The notes beneath the pieces were generated by a model. It was not told where the DNA came from, ran no database searches, and saw only the letters and a program-made list of their open reading frames with translations. Positions 19,123 to 29,190 of a stretch of 64,000 nucleotides of DNA are shown piece after piece (positions within the stretch are counted from its first letter, which is position 1; each line of letters begins with the position of its first letter). A program made the position numbers and the translations under genes. This stretch comes from an uncultured Gemmataceae bacterium. Its GTDB lineage: Bacteria > Planctomycetota > Planctomycetia > Gemmatales > Gemmataceae. The stretch covers positions 192,001 through 256,000 of the forward strand of contig CAVVPN010000010.1 in assembly GCA_963750165.1 (NCBI GenBank), read 5' to 3'.

Positions 19123-19320
19123 TCAAAACAGCGTGCAAAGTAGCGGCGCGGACACGGCCCCGGCGAACAGCGCCAGTCCGCTGAGCAGCAGCAGCGCCAG
19201 CAGGATCGGCACCAGCCACCACTTGCCGCTGCAGCGCACGAACAGCCACAACTCCGGCAACAGGCTGTTGGAGACGCGCCGGCGTACCCGCACTTGCCCC
19301 CGCTCGTCCGTGGACCTCAT
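19123..19320 (-). CDS. DUF5989-family small membrane protein
   Basis: KWWLVPILLALLLLSGL...APLLCTLF resembles the KKWWLxP...APFIYTLF signature; GGAGAAGGA RBS. Confidence 0.7.
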   Translation of the reverse strand: MRSTDERGQVRVRRRVSNSLLPELWLFVRCSGKWWLVPILLALLLLSGLALFAGAVSAPLLCTLF

Positions 19321-19523
19321 GTCCTTCTCCTCTCGTGACCGGTCAGCATGGCCGTGCAGGGCGTCGCAGCCCAGCAGGCGGTCGAACTTCCGCAGCGGCT
19401 TTTCGTAGAAGAGAACAATGTGTAGCGCGGCGGTGGACATGCCGCGGGCCGGACTATAGACCGAGCGGACGTTTGCGGCAAGTCGGCTTGGCAAACACGG
19501 CTCGTTGTCCGACAATTTGGGTA

Positions 19524-20441
19524 ATGCCTTTGACCGATTCCGTGCCGCCAGGGGAGGATCGTTTCTTGCACATCCGCGATTTGTACGCCCGGCAGGAGCC
19601 GGCGATATCGTTTGAGTTTTTCCCGCCCAGGGACGAGGCCGCCGAGGCGACGCTGTTCCGGGACACGGTGCCGGCCCTGAAACAACTGGGTCCGGCGTTC
19701 ATCTCGGTCACCTACGGCGCCGGCGGCAGCACGCGCGGCACCACGTTGCGTGTCGTCAACCGCGTCCGTCGCGAACACGGCCTGGAGGCGGTGGCGCACC
19801 TGACCTGCGTGGGTTCGACGCGCGACATGCTGCTCGGCGTGCTGGAGGAGGCGCGACAGCTGGACATCAGCGACGTGCTGGCCCTGCGCGGCGACCCGCC
19901 CAGGGACCAGAAGACGTTTCAGCCGGTCGAGGGCGGTTTTCGCTACGCGGTCGATCTGATCCGCTTCGTCAAGGATCTGGGCGGCTTCGGCGTCGGCGCG
20001 GCGTGCTACCCCGAGGGCCACGTCGAGTGCGGCGACAAGGTGCTCGACTGGGACCGCACGGTGGCCAAGGTCGAGGCCGGGGCGGAGTTCCTGATCACGC
20101 AGCTCTTCTACGACTGGAACGACTTCCTGGCGATGGAGGACTACCTGCGCCACAAGCGCGGCGTCCAGGTGCCGATCATCCCCGGTGTGCTGCCGTTCCT
20201 GAACACGGCGCAAATCAAACGCTTCACTTCACTGTGCGGCTCGAAACTGCCGCCCGACCTGCTGGCGAAGTTGGAAAAGTTCGCGCACGAGGACGAGTCG
20301 GTGCGGCAAATCGGCGTCGAGGTGTGTACGGAGATTTGCCGCCGCGCCTTGGCCCACGGCGTCCGCGGCCTGCACCTGTACTGCCTCAACCGCGTGCCCA
20401 GCAGCGCGGAGATCATCAAGAACCTGGGACTGGTGAAATGA
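19524..20441 (+). CDS. metF: 5,10-methylenetetrahydrofolate reductase
   Basis: ISFEFFPP, ISVTYGAGGS, AHLTCV, LALRGDPP, YPEGH, ITQLF, HLYCLN. Confidence 0.95.
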   Translation: MPLTDSVPPGEDRFLHIRDLYARQEPAISFEFFPPRDEAAEATLFRDTVPALKQLGPAFISVTYGAGGSTRGTTLRVVNRVRREHGLEAVAHLTCVGSTRDMLLGVLEEARQLDISDVLALRGDPPRDQKTFQPVEGGFRYAVDLIRFVKDLGGFGVGAACYPEGHVECGDKVLDWDRTVAKVEAGAEFLITQLFYDWNDFLAMEDYLRHKRGVQVPIIPGVLPFLNTAQIKRFTSLCGSKLPPDLLAKLEKFAHEDESVRQIGVEVCTEICRRALAHGVRGLHLYCLNRVPSSAEIIKNLGLVK

Positions 20442-20447
20442 AGATGG

Positions 20448-20516
20448 ATCCACAGATGACACAGATAAAGACAAATTAAGATGTCTTTATCTGTGTCATC
20501 TGTGTCATCTGTGGAT
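20448..20516. repeat. Palindromic intergenic repeat built from ACAGATGAC units
   Basis: ATCCACAGATGACACAGAT...ATCTGTGTCATCTGTGGAT. Confidence 0.8.
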
Positions 20517-20538
20517 GCGGTCTTTTCGGGGGGTTGAG

Positions 20539-22233
20539 ATGCACGCACGCTTGTTGTCCCTCACTCTGGCGCTGGCGCTGCCGGTCGCCGGATTGTCCCT
20601 GCTGCCCGAGGGCCGTCAGCCGGCCACGGGGAAGCCCGCGACGCTGGTCACGGGCAAGCACGGCATGGTCGTGTCGGTGTCGGCGCCGGGCAGCGACGCT
20701 GGCCTGGCCATCTTGCGGCAGGGCGGCAACGCCGTCGATGCGGCGGTCGCCACGGCGTTCGCCCTGGCGGTCACCTACCCGCCAGCCGGCAACATCGGTG
20801 GCGGCGGCTTCATGCTCGTGCATCCGCCGAAGGGTGAGCCGACCGTCTTCGAGTACCGCGAAACGGCGCCGGCCGCGGCCACGAAAACCATGTTCGCCAG
20901 GGGCGGCAGCCGTTACGGCCACAAGGTCGTCGGCGTGCCGGGGACCGTCCGCGGCCTGGCCCTGGCCCACCAGCGCTTCGGCAAGCTGCCGTGGAAAACG
21001 CTCGTGCTGCCGGCGGTCAAGCTCGCGGAAGACGGCTTCGTGCTGGACGCGGCCCTGGCGAAGTCGCTCAACCAGGTGGTCGGCAATGGTGGCGAGTTCA
21101 AGGAACTGGTGCGCGTCTTCGGCAAACCACAGGGCAAGTGGGCGACGGGTGATCGGCTGGTGCAGCCGGAGCTGGCGAAGACGCTGCGACTGATCGCGGC
21201 GCAGGGGCCGGACGCCTTCTACACCGGGGCCATCGCGGACCAACTCGTCGCCGACATGAAGACCAACGGCGGCCTCATCACCAGGCAGGATTTGGCGAAT
21301 TACAAGGCGAAGGAGCGCAGGCCCATCCACGGCAGCTACCGCGGTTACGATGTCTACGGGCCGCCGCCGCCGAGTTCGGGCGGCATTTGCCTGGTGGAAA
21401 TGCTCAACGTTCTGGAGCATTTCGAGCTGCGCAAGCTGGGCCGCTATTCGCCGCGGACGTTGCACTACATGGCCGAGACCATGCGCCGCGCTTTTCACGA
21501 TCGCGCCCTCTACCTGGGCGACCCGGACTTCACGAAGATTCCCACGCACCTGACCAGCCCGAAATACGCGGCCGAGCTGGCGAAAACCATCAACGTCAAG
21601 AAGGCGACGCGCAGCGAGGACCTCGACCGGGAGCTGCCACTGGCCGGCGAGAGCGACAGCACAACGCACTTCTCGGTGATCGACCGGGACGGCCTGGCGG
21701 TGGCGAACACGTACACGCTGGAGCACAGCTACGGCTCGCGCGTTGTTGTGAAGGGTGCGGGCTTCCTGCTCAACAACGAGATGATGGACTTCAACTGGAA
21801 GCCGGGCGTCACCACGAAAAAGGGCGGCATCGGTACGGAGCCGAACACCATCGCGCCGGGCAAGCGCATGCTCAGCTCGCAGACGCCGACCATCGTGGCG
21901 AAGGACGGCAAGGTGCTGCTGGTGACCGGCAGCCCCGGCAGCCGCACCATCATCAACACGGTGCTGTGCGTCGTCGTCAACGTGATCGACTTCGATATGG
22001 ACATTCAGGCGGCGGTGGACGCGCCGCGGCTTCATCATCAGTGGTTCCCCGATGAGCTGGCGTTCGAGGGTGTCAAGGAGCACGCCGCGACAGTCAAGGC
22101 GCTGCGGGCACTGGGCCACACCGTCGTTAGTCGGCGGCAGGGCGACGCGCATTCCATCTGGGTCAACCCGAAGACCGGCGAGTACGTCGGCGCGGCCGAC
22201 CGGCGCATCAACGGCAAGGCGTCGGGGTATTAG
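20539..22233 (+). CDS. ggt: Gamma-glutamyltransferase (exported)
   Basis: GGNAVDAAVA, GNIGGGGF, nucleophile TTHFS, LNNEM, PGKRMLSS; signal peptide. Confidence 0.95.
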   Translation: MHARLLSLTLALALPVAGLSLLPEGRQPATGKPATLVTGKHGMVVSVSAPGSDAGLAILRQGGNAVDAAVATAFALAVTYPPAGNIGGGGFMLVHPPKGEPTVFEYRETAPAAATKTMFARGGSRYGHKVVGVPGTVRGLALAHQRFGKLPWKTLVLPAVKLAEDGFVLDAALAKSLNQVVGNGGEFKELVRVFGKPQGKWATGDRLVQPELAKTLRLIAAQGPDAFYTGAIADQLVADMKTNGGLITRQDLANYKAKERRPIHGSYRGYDVYGPPPPSSGGICLVEMLNVLEHFELRKLGRYSPRTLHYMAETMRRAFHDRALYLGDPDFTKIPTHLTSPKYAAELAKTINVKKATRSEDLDRELPLAGESDSTTHFSVIDRDGLAVANTYTLEHSYGSRVVVKGAGFLLNNEMMDFNWKPGVTTKKGGIGTEPNTIAPGKRMLSSQTPTIVAKDGKVLLVTGSPGSRTIINTVLCVVVNVIDFDMDIQAAVDAPRLHHQWFPDELAFEGVKEHAATVKALRALGHTVVSRRQGDAHSIWVNPKTGEYVGAADRRINGKASGY

Positions 22234-22238
22234 AAGCA

Positions 22239-22310
22239 ATGGCGAGCGGCGCGGCGTCAGCCCGCCGGTGCTTCAAGTCACCGGCGGGCTGACGCCGCGC
22301 CGCTCGCCAT
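22239..22310. repeat. REP-like perfect palindrome, possible bidirectional terminator between convergent genes
   Basis: ATGGCGAGCGGCGCGGCGTCAGCCCGCCGGTG / CACCGGCGGGCTGACGCCGCGCCGCTCGCCAT. Confidence 0.85.
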
Positions 22311-22316
22311 CGACCT

Positions 22317-22637
22317 TTACGCCGAGGCTTCCAGATCCTTCGGCTTCGGCAGCAATCCCAGGCTGCGCAGCGCCGCGATGTGCTTGCAGCGGCCATCGCC
22401 GCCCGCCTGCACGGGGCAGTGGAACCATACATACGACGGGCATGTACACGACTGCCGCGGGATGTCGATGTCGTAGACATTGCCGCTGCGCCAGTTGATG
22501 AGGCGGTAGCGCCTGTCGAGGCGCAGGACGGTGTATGACACGCGGTTGATCTTCAGGTGGTGATGCCGGCGGCTGACCCAGCGACAGGTTCCGGTGACCG
22601 GCGGCATCGGCCGATGTGGTGGTGTGGTTGTGGACAT
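22317..22637 (-). CDS. SWIM zinc-finger protein
   Basis: CTCP...CKHIAAL; GGAGGAG RBS upstream. Confidence 0.8.
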   Translation of the reverse strand: MSTTTPPHRPMPPVTGTCRWVSRRHHHLKINRVSYTVLRLDRRYRLINWRSGNVYDIDIPRQSCTCPSYVWFHCPVQAGGDGRCKHIAALRSLGLLPKPKDLEASA

Positions 22638-22763
22638 GATGCACTCCTCCTTCTCCCTACCCTTCCTGACCTCCTGAAATTCTTGTGACGTGGAGGTGGT
22701 GATAGGTTGATTGTGGCCCTGCGCCAGCCCAAAAGCGAGGTCGGTAGGTCGGCCCGGAGCCGG

Positions 22764-25247
22764 TCAGGGGACGGCCCGCAACCGGCTCAGCGCCGCCTGC
22801 GCCGCCCGGGTCAGCCGCACCCCGGGCGCGCCGCCGGCCCACTCGGTCAGCACCTGCCGCGCCGCCGGGGTTCCCGCCAGTTCCAGCGCCTGCACCGCCC
22901 GGTCCTGGCGCAACTGCTCCACCGTCGGCGATCCGTCGAGCGCCTCCAGTAGTTTGGCGACCCGCTGACGCACCTCCGCCGTCGGCGGCTTGTGCTGCAC
23001 TGCCTCCAGTTCCGCCCGCGCCAGATCCCCGGCCGCGGCCAGGCTTTTGGTGGCGGCGTCGCGCACCTTGAAGTTGCCGCTGTTCAGCTCCTCGATCCAT
23101 TGCCGTAGTCGCTCCCGCGGCAGCGGTTGCACGGGCACCACCTTCGCCCGCAACAGCGCCGGCCCCTTGGGATCCTCGGCCAGCGTCCACACGGCCCGGA
23201 ACGCCGGCAGGGCCTGGTCTGCCCGCAGGTCCGCCCAGCACTGCTCCAGCTCCACCCTGGCCCCGGGCGCCGGCCGCAGCGACCACACCAGCGCCTGCCC
23301 GTCGCGGCCGCACGACAGCAGCGTCCGCCCGTCCGTTCCGAACGCAACGTCTTCCACGTCCCCCTCGTGGCCGGGCAACCGCAGCAGTTCCTGGCCGCTG
23401 GCCACCTCCCAGAGCCGCACGCCCGCGTCCGCTCCGCCCGTCGCCAGCCAGCGGCCGTCCGGCGAAAAGGCCAGCGCGCTCACGCTCAGGCCACGCAGGG
23501 CCAGGATTGGGTTGTCGAAGGTCGCCGTCGCCTGGAACTGCCGCAGCGGTTTCCCCGTGGCGCCGTCGCAGAGGGTGACGACGCCGTAGTGTTCCGCCAC
23601 CGCCAGCGTGCGGCCGTCGGGTGCGAACGCCAGCCGCTGAACGGAAACCCCGTTTTCTCCCACCCTGGAGTTGAACCGCTGTCGGTAGCGCTCCTGGCCG
23701 CTGTCCACGTCCACGCAGACGGCGTACGGCCCGCCGACCGCCACCGCCACGCCCTTGGCGTCCGGCGTCAGCGCCGCCGGGCCGGTGCGCCGCTTCCAGA
23801 CGGACTTGCCGGTCGCCAGATCCCACAGTTTCGTCTCGTGTTCATGGTGACCGAGCATGAGCAGGCGACCGTCCAGGCTGAATTGCACCTGGTAGATGTA
23901 GGCCCGGTCGTACTCCTTGCCCCAACGCAGCGACCGCCCCGGCTTGCCGGTGGCGGCCTCCCAGAACTGCACCACGCCGGAGGGCAGCGCCGCCGCCACC
24001 TCCTTGCCATCCGGCGTGAAGGCCACGCGGAGGACCGCCGGCCCCGCCGCCCGCAGCACGCGCAGCCGCTTGCCGCTGGTCGCGTCCCACAACTCCAGCC
24101 GGCCCGCGGCGTCGCCGACCGCCGCGCGGCGCCCATCCGGCGCCAGGGCCGCATACGTCCAGCCCACGAACGCCGCGGGCGCCGCCAGCTCCTTGCCGGT
24201 CTGCGCGTCCCAGCGGCGGATGAGGCCGTCCGCTCCGACCGACACGAGTATCTTGCCGCCTGGCAGGGCGTGGAGGTTGTTCACGCCGCCGGGGTGTTTC
24301 GACAGCGGCGGTAGTGCTTTTTTCGCCGCCCAATCCCAGCGGTGGACGACGCCGCCCACGGTCGCCAGCCACAGCGTCTTGCCGTCCGACAGGAAGCCGA
24401 CGCGGTAGATGGCTCGCGACTGCCGCCCCACTTGTTGCCAGGCGGAACCCGGCAGCGGGAACGCCGCCAGCACGTTGCCGCCCGGCAGGGCGCGCACCTG
24501 GATTTCCTTGTTGTCGTCTACCACCGCCAGTGTTCGGCCGTCCGGTGCGAACGCCGCGGCCTGGGAGTGGGTTAAAATCAGGCCAACCTTCCAACGAGCG
24601 AGTATCTCCCCCGTGGCCGCGTCCCCCAGGACGACGGCCCGTTCCGACGCGTCGCTGCGGACAAAGATCCCGCCGTCCGGCGACAGCAGGGCGAGCCTGC
24701 CGACGGGGAGCGCACGGACTTCCTTCCCGGTCGCCACGTCCAGGAAGACGGTGCGCTTCGTCCGGGTCAGCACGAGTTGGGCGCCGTCGGCCGAGAAGCG
24801 GCAAAAGTGACTGGAAAACCCGTCGCGCTCGGCGAAATCGATGGTGAAGCGCCGCACCTCCTTGCCGGTCGCCACGTCCAGAACGCAGGCCAGGCCCGAA
24901 TGGCGGAGGTAGCCCAGGCGCTTACCGTCCGGGGAGAACGTGAGCCCCGGCTGGGTGTACCAGAACTGGTCGTCGAACGAAAAGCGCTGCCGCACCCTGC
25001 CGCTGGCCAGGTCCCAGACGACGACGGAGTAATGGCCGGCGGTGGCCAGCAACTTGCCGTCCGGCGACAGCGCCGAATTGCTGATGCCGTCGCCGTGCCG
25101 CCATGCCACGCTGCCAAGGCGGAACAGCGCCCCCGGCGGTAGTGCGTGGCCGTCGGCGTCGGTGCGCGGCGGCTGGGCCCGCAGGCCGCCCGCGGTCACG
25201 GTCAGGGTGAGTGCCAGCACGAACGGAAGGGGACGCGGCATGGGCAA
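22764..25247 (-). CDS. Exported WD40-repeat protein (Gemmataceae family)
   Basis: Signal peptide; RTDADGHALPPGALFRLG; many SPDGK/WD repeats; C-terminal helical RAVQALELAGTP domain. Confidence 0.9.
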   Translation of the reverse strand: MPMPRPLPFVLALTLTVTAGGLRAQPPRTDADGHALPPGALFRLGSVAWRHGDGISNSALSPDGKLLATAGHYSVVVWDLASGRVRQRFSFDDQFWYTQPGLTFSPDGKRLGYLRHSGLACVLDVATGKEVRRFTIDFAERDGFSSHFCRFSADGAQLVLTRTKRTVFLDVATGKEVRALPVGRLALLSPDGGIFVRSDASERAVVLGDAATGEILARWKVGLILTHSQAAAFAPDGRTLAVVDDNKEIQVRALPGGNVLAAFPLPGSAWQQVGRQSRAIYRVGFLSDGKTLWLATVGGVVHRWDWAAKKALPPLSKHPGGVNNLHALPGGKILVSVGADGLIRRWDAQTGKELAAPAAFVGWTYAALAPDGRRAAVGDAAGRLELWDATSGKRLRVLRAAGPAVLRVAFTPDGKEVAAALPSGVVQFWEAATGKPGRSLRWGKEYDRAYIYQVQFSLDGRLLMLGHHEHETKLWDLATGKSVWKRRTGPAALTPDAKGVAVAVGGPYAVCVDVDSGQERYRQRFNSRVGENGVSVQRLAFAPDGRTLAVAEHYGVVTLCDGATGKPLRQFQATATFDNPILALRGLSVSALAFSPDGRWLATGGADAGVRLWEVASGQELLRLPGHEGDVEDVAFGTDGRTLLSCGRDGQALVWSLRPAPGARVELEQCWADLRADQALPAFRAVWTLAEDPKGPALLRAKVVPVQPLPRERLRQWIEELNSGNFKVRDAATKSLAAAGDLARAELEAVQHKPPTAEVRQRVAKLLEALDGSPTVEQLRQDRAVQALELAGTPAARQVLTEWAGGAPGVRLTRAAQAALSRLRAVP

Positions 25248-25287
25248 CCTCGGGAAAGGAATGGGATTCTTCCTGCCCAGAGTATCA

Positions 25288-25471
25288 TAGAGCGCGTGGC
25301 GGTTGGGTGTAGCGGTGTCTTGGCCCCGGAGGGGCTAGCGCGCGTGGCGTTCGGGTGAAGCGGTGCCGGCTGCTGCCAGTCCGGGACAAGGAACCCGTCA
25401 TGGGATAGGTGTAAAGTGGCAAAGTGGCAAAGTGGCAAACTCACCCACTACACCCGAACGCCACCCGCGCT
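25288..25471. repeat. MITE/REP-like element with TAGAGCGCGTGGCGtTxGGGTGTAG arms enclosing AAAGTGGC x3
   Basis: Arms at 25288 and 25336 pair with CTACACCCGAACGCCACCCGCGCT at 25448-25471; related arms near 38364 and 60312. Confidence 0.65.
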
Positions 25472-25502
25472 GAGATACCGCCACCGCCGGCCGGCACGCG
25501 CG

Positions 25503-26138
25503 CTAGGATTCCTTCTCCGCCCGATCCGCCAACTCCGTCAAGTCCGCGACCTGCAAGTCCGCCGCGCCCGGCCGGCAGTGCGGCCGCTGCACGAACACCG
25601 TCGTCAACTTGAACTCCTTGGCCGGCTTCAGGTCATAGTCCGCATACGCCGAGGCGTGCCACCATTGCGGCCCCGGCGCCACGCCCAGCCGGTCGGACAC
25701 CTTCTGCCAGAACGCCAGGGCCGGCTTGTACACCTTCACCTGCTCGGCACACACCCAGTCCGTCAGCGGAAAGCCGAGCTGCACCTGCACCTGCTCGCCG
25801 TTGACGCAGTCGCTGTTGGTCATGGCCACCACCTGGGCCACGCCCTTGAGCCGCCGCAGCGCGTCGCGCGCGTCCGGGAACAGCGGCCACTTACCGATCC
25901 CCTCCGCGACCGCCTTCGCCTCGTCGGCGCTCAGCCCCAGCGCCCGTTGCAGGCTCGCGGCCATGATCTCGGCATACGGCTGGAACGTCCCCGCCTCGTC
26001 CGCCTCCTGTGCCGCCAGCACGCGCTCGAAATCCTTGTCGGTCAGCTGATGGTGCTGTTCCGCCAGCGCGGCGCTCAGGCCCGTTTGCCAGTCGATCAGG
26101 GTGCCGAACACGTCGAACGTCAATAACAATGGCCGCAT
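25503..26138 (-). CDS. HAD-superfamily hydrolase (2-haloacid dehalogenase type)
   Basis: LTFDVFGTLIDW, MTNS, YKP motifs. Confidence 0.9.
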   Translation of the reverse strand: MRPLLLTFDVFGTLIDWQTGLSAALAEQHHQLTDKDFERVLAAQEADEAGTFQPYAEIMAASLQRALGLSADEAKAVAEGIGKWPLFPDARDALRRLKGVAQVVAMTNSDCVNGEQVQVQLGFPLTDWVCAEQVKVYKPALAFWQKVSDRLGVAPGPQWWHASAYADYDLKPAKEFKLTTVFVQRPHCRPGAADLQVADLTELADRAEKES

Positions 26139-26263
26139 CGCATTCTCCAGGTTGACAACGCCGCGCCGGTGTGGGACAAACGGCTGTGGCCCACGCGGCG
26201 CCCGACCGCGCGGCGGCCGACGGCTTCCGATGCTCATTTTATGCCCTTGCGAGTCGGCTCTCC

Positions 26264-27535
26264 ATGAAGGACGTTCTCTCCCTCATCCTGGGCGGCGGCC
26301 GCGGCGCCCGGCTCTACCCGCTGACCAAGCACCGCAGCGAGCCGGCCGTGCCCATCGCCGGCAAGTATCGGTTGATCGACATCCCGATCAGCAACTGCAT
26401 CAACAGCGGCCTGCAGCGCATGTACGTGCTCACGCAGTACCTCAGCGTCAGCCTGCACCGCCACATCGCCAACACCTACAAGTTCGACCCGTTCGGCAGC
26501 AGTTTCGTGGAAGTGCTGCCCGCCCAGCAGACCAACGAGGCCGCCGACTGGTATCGCGGCACCGCCGACGCCGTACGCCAGAACATTCGCTATGTCCACG
26601 ACGACCCCTGCGAGGACGTGCTCATCCTGAGTGGCGATCAGCTCTACCGTATGGACCTCCGCCAGCTGCTGGCCACGCACAAGGCCAGCGCAGCCGACGT
26701 GACCCTGGCGGTGGTGCCGGTCACCGCCGCCCAGGCGGCCCACCTGGGCGTCGTCCGCCTCGACGAGACGCTGCGCGTCGTCGAACTGGTCGAGAAGCCG
26801 CAGGCAGCCCAGCTGGCCGCCTTGCGGACGGCCCCGAGCTTCCTGCAGCGCTTCGGCTGCCCCAGTCCCGGCCGCGACTACCTCGCCAACATGGGCATTT
26901 ACCTGTACCGCCGCGAGGCGCTGATCGGCCTGTTGAATGGCCAGCCGCGGGCGCACGACTTCGTGACGCAGTTGCTGGCGGGCAGCCTCCGGTCGCATCG
27001 CCTGCAGGCGCACCTGTACAACGGCTACTGGGAGGACGTGGGCAGCATCACGACCTATCATAAGGCCAGCCTGGCGCTGGCGAGCGACCGGCCGCCGTTC
27101 GACTTTTACAGCCCCGAGGGCATCATTTACACGCGCATGCGCAACCTGCCAGCGTCGCAAGTGCAGGCAGCGCATTTGCAGCAGTGCCTGATTAGCGACG
27201 GCTGTGTGGTGCAGGCGGGCACGCGGCTGGAGCGCTGCATCGTCGGTGTCCGCAGCCACATCGGCCGCGACGTGATGCTGCGCGATACGGTGGTCATCGG
27301 CGCCGACGACTACGAGGACGAGGTGACGCGCGTGGCGAGTGTGCCGGCGCTGGGCATCGGTGACGGCTGCGTGATCGAGCGGGCCATCCTCGACAAGGAC
27401 TGCCGCATCGGCCGCCGGGTGCAACTCGTCAACCGCCGCGGCCTGGACAACGACGAGGGCGACAACTACGTCATCCGCGACGGCATCATCGTCATCCCGA
27501 ACGGGGCCGTCGTGCCGGATGGGACGGTTATTTAG
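26264..27535 (+). CDS. glgC: Glucose-1-phosphate adenylyltransferase family protein (atypical, see findings)
   Basis: LILGGGRGARLYPLT, GTADAV, ILSGDQLYRMD, EKP, MGIY, GYWEDVG; C-terminal left-handed beta-helix. Confidence 0.9.
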   Translation: MKDVLSLILGGGRGARLYPLTKHRSEPAVPIAGKYRLIDIPISNCINSGLQRMYVLTQYLSVSLHRHIANTYKFDPFGSSFVEVLPAQQTNEAADWYRGTADAVRQNIRYVHDDPCEDVLILSGDQLYRMDLRQLLATHKASAADVTLAVVPVTAAQAAHLGVVRLDETLRVVELVEKPQAAQLAALRTAPSFLQRFGCPSPGRDYLANMGIYLYRREALIGLLNGQPRAHDFVTQLLAGSLRSHRLQAHLYNGYWEDVGSITTYHKASLALASDRPPFDFYSPEGIIYTRMRNLPASQVQAAHLQQCLISDGCVVQAGTRLERCIVGVRSHIGRDVMLRDTVVIGADDYEDEVTRVASVPALGIGDGCVIERAILDKDCRIGRRVQLVNRRGLDNDEGDNYVIRDGIIVIPNGAVVPDGTVI

Positions 27536-27623
27536 TCAGGAGTCAGGAGTCAGAAGTCAGAAGTCAGAATTGATTTTTCTGCCGCTTGTGGCTTAGCGCT
27601 GACTTCTGACTCCTGACCTCTGA
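27535..27623. repeat. Inverted heptamer arrays (AGTCAGG/AGTCAGA)n ... (CTGACTT/CTGACTC)n
   Basis: Seen directly between glgC and malQ. Confidence 0.8.
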
Positions 27624-27639
27624 GACAGGAGGTTTCTCA

Positions 27640-29163
27640 GTGTCCGTTTCCCCCTCCGCTCCCCCGCCCGCGCCGCGTCGGCCGCAGCGTTCCGCCGGCA
27701 TTCTGCTCCATCCCACGTCCCTGCCTGGCCCCTATGGCATCGGTGACCTGGGCCAGTCCGCCTTCGAGTGGATCGACCTGCTCGTCGCGGCCAAACAGAA
27801 GTGGTGGCAAATCCTGCCGCTCGGCCCGACCGGCTTCGGTGACTCGCCCTACCAGTGCTTCTCCGCCTTCGCCGGCAACCCCTATCTGGTCAACCCCGAC
27901 GGGTTGCTGCGCGACGGCCTGCTGGCGCCCACCGATGTGCAGGGCGCCCGCTTCCCCGCGGAGTACGTCGATTTCGGCCCGGTCATTCAGTTCAAGCTGC
28001 GGATCACGGCCCGGGCGTGGGAGCATTTCAAGGCCGGCCAGGCGCAGGCGCTGCGGCGGCCGTTCGCCGAGTTCTGCAAACAGCACGCCGCCTGGCTCGA
28101 CGACTTCGCCCTGTTCATGGCCCTGAAGGACGCGCACGGCGGCAAAAGCTGGCTGGACTGGGAGCCGGAACTGGTCCGCCGCCAGCCCGCCACCCTGGCG
28201 CAGGCGAAACAGCGGCTGGCCGACGGCGCCGGTCTGCACCAGTTCCGTCAGTTCCTGTTCTTCCGCCAGTGGCGAGCCGTCAAGGACTACGCGGGGCAGC
28301 GCGGTGTCCGCCTCATCGGCGACATCCCCATCTTCGTCTCGGCCGACTCCGCGGACGTGTGGGCCAACCCTGAACTGTTCCTGCTCGGCGCCGACCGCAG
28401 GCCGCGCTTCGTCGCCGGGGTGCCGCCGGACTACTTCTCGGCGACCGGTCAACTCTGGGGCAACCCGCTCTACGACTGGGTGGCACTCAAGCGGACGGGC
28501 TACGCCTGGTGGGCGGCCCGTCTGCGCGCCACCCTGCAGATGGTGGACCTGGTGCGGCTCGACCATTTCCGCGGCTTCGAGGCGGCCTGGCACGTGCCCG
28601 CGGGCAAACCGACCGCCGAGGTCGGCGAATGGCTGCCAGGGCCGGGCAGCGACCTGTTTCACGCGCTGCGCCAGGCCCTGGACGGTAAATTGCCGCTGAT
28701 CGCCGAGGACCTGGGCGTCATCACGCCCGGTGTCGAGAAGTTGCGCGACGAGCTGAACCTGCCCGGCATGCGCATCTTGCAGTTCGCCTTCGACAGCGAC
28801 ACCAACAACCGCTTCCTGCCACACCACTATGAGCACAACACCGCCGTCTACACCGGCACGCATGACAACGACACGACCTGGGGTTGGTATCGGTCGCAGC
28901 CAGAGCACACGCGCGACTTCGCCCGCCGCTATCTGGGCCGCGACGGCAACGACATCACCTGGGACCTGATCCGGGCAGCGTGGTCGTCGGTCGCGGACTG
29001 GGCGCTGGCGCCGCTACAGGATTTTCTGAACCTGGGCACCGAGGGGCGCATGAACCTGCCAGGTCGGCCGGCCGGCAACTGGGGCTGGCGTTTCACCAGC
29101 GGCCAGGTGACGCCGGGCGTCGTCGAGCGCATCAAGCAGATGACGGAGTTGTATTCGCGCTAA
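27640..29163 (+). CDS. malQ: 4-alpha-glucanotransferase (amylomaltase, GH77)
   Basis: GILLHPTSLP, WQILPLGP, RLDHFRGF, IAEDLG, YTGTHDNDT. Confidence 0.95.
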   Translation: MSVSPSAPPPAPRRPQRSAGILLHPTSLPGPYGIGDLGQSAFEWIDLLVAAKQKWWQILPLGPTGFGDSPYQCFSAFAGNPYLVNPDGLLRDGLLAPTDVQGARFPAEYVDFGPVIQFKLRITARAWEHFKAGQAQALRRPFAEFCKQHAAWLDDFALFMALKDAHGGKSWLDWEPELVRRQPATLAQAKQRLADGAGLHQFRQFLFFRQWRAVKDYAGQRGVRLIGDIPIFVSADSADVWANPELFLLGADRRPRFVAGVPPDYFSATGQLWGNPLYDWVALKRTGYAWWAARLRATLQMVDLVRLDHFRGFEAAWHVPAGKPTAEVGEWLPGPGSDLFHALRQALDGKLPLIAEDLGVITPGVEKLRDELNLPGMRILQFAFDSDTNNRFLPHHYEHNTAVYTGTHDNDTTWGWYRSQPEHTRDFARRYLGRDGNDITWDLIRAAWSSVADWALAPLQDFLNLGTEGRMNLPGRPAGNWGWRFTSGQVTPGVVERIKQMTELYSR

Positions 29164-29190
29164 TAGCCGGGCCTTATCTGACCCCGTTTC

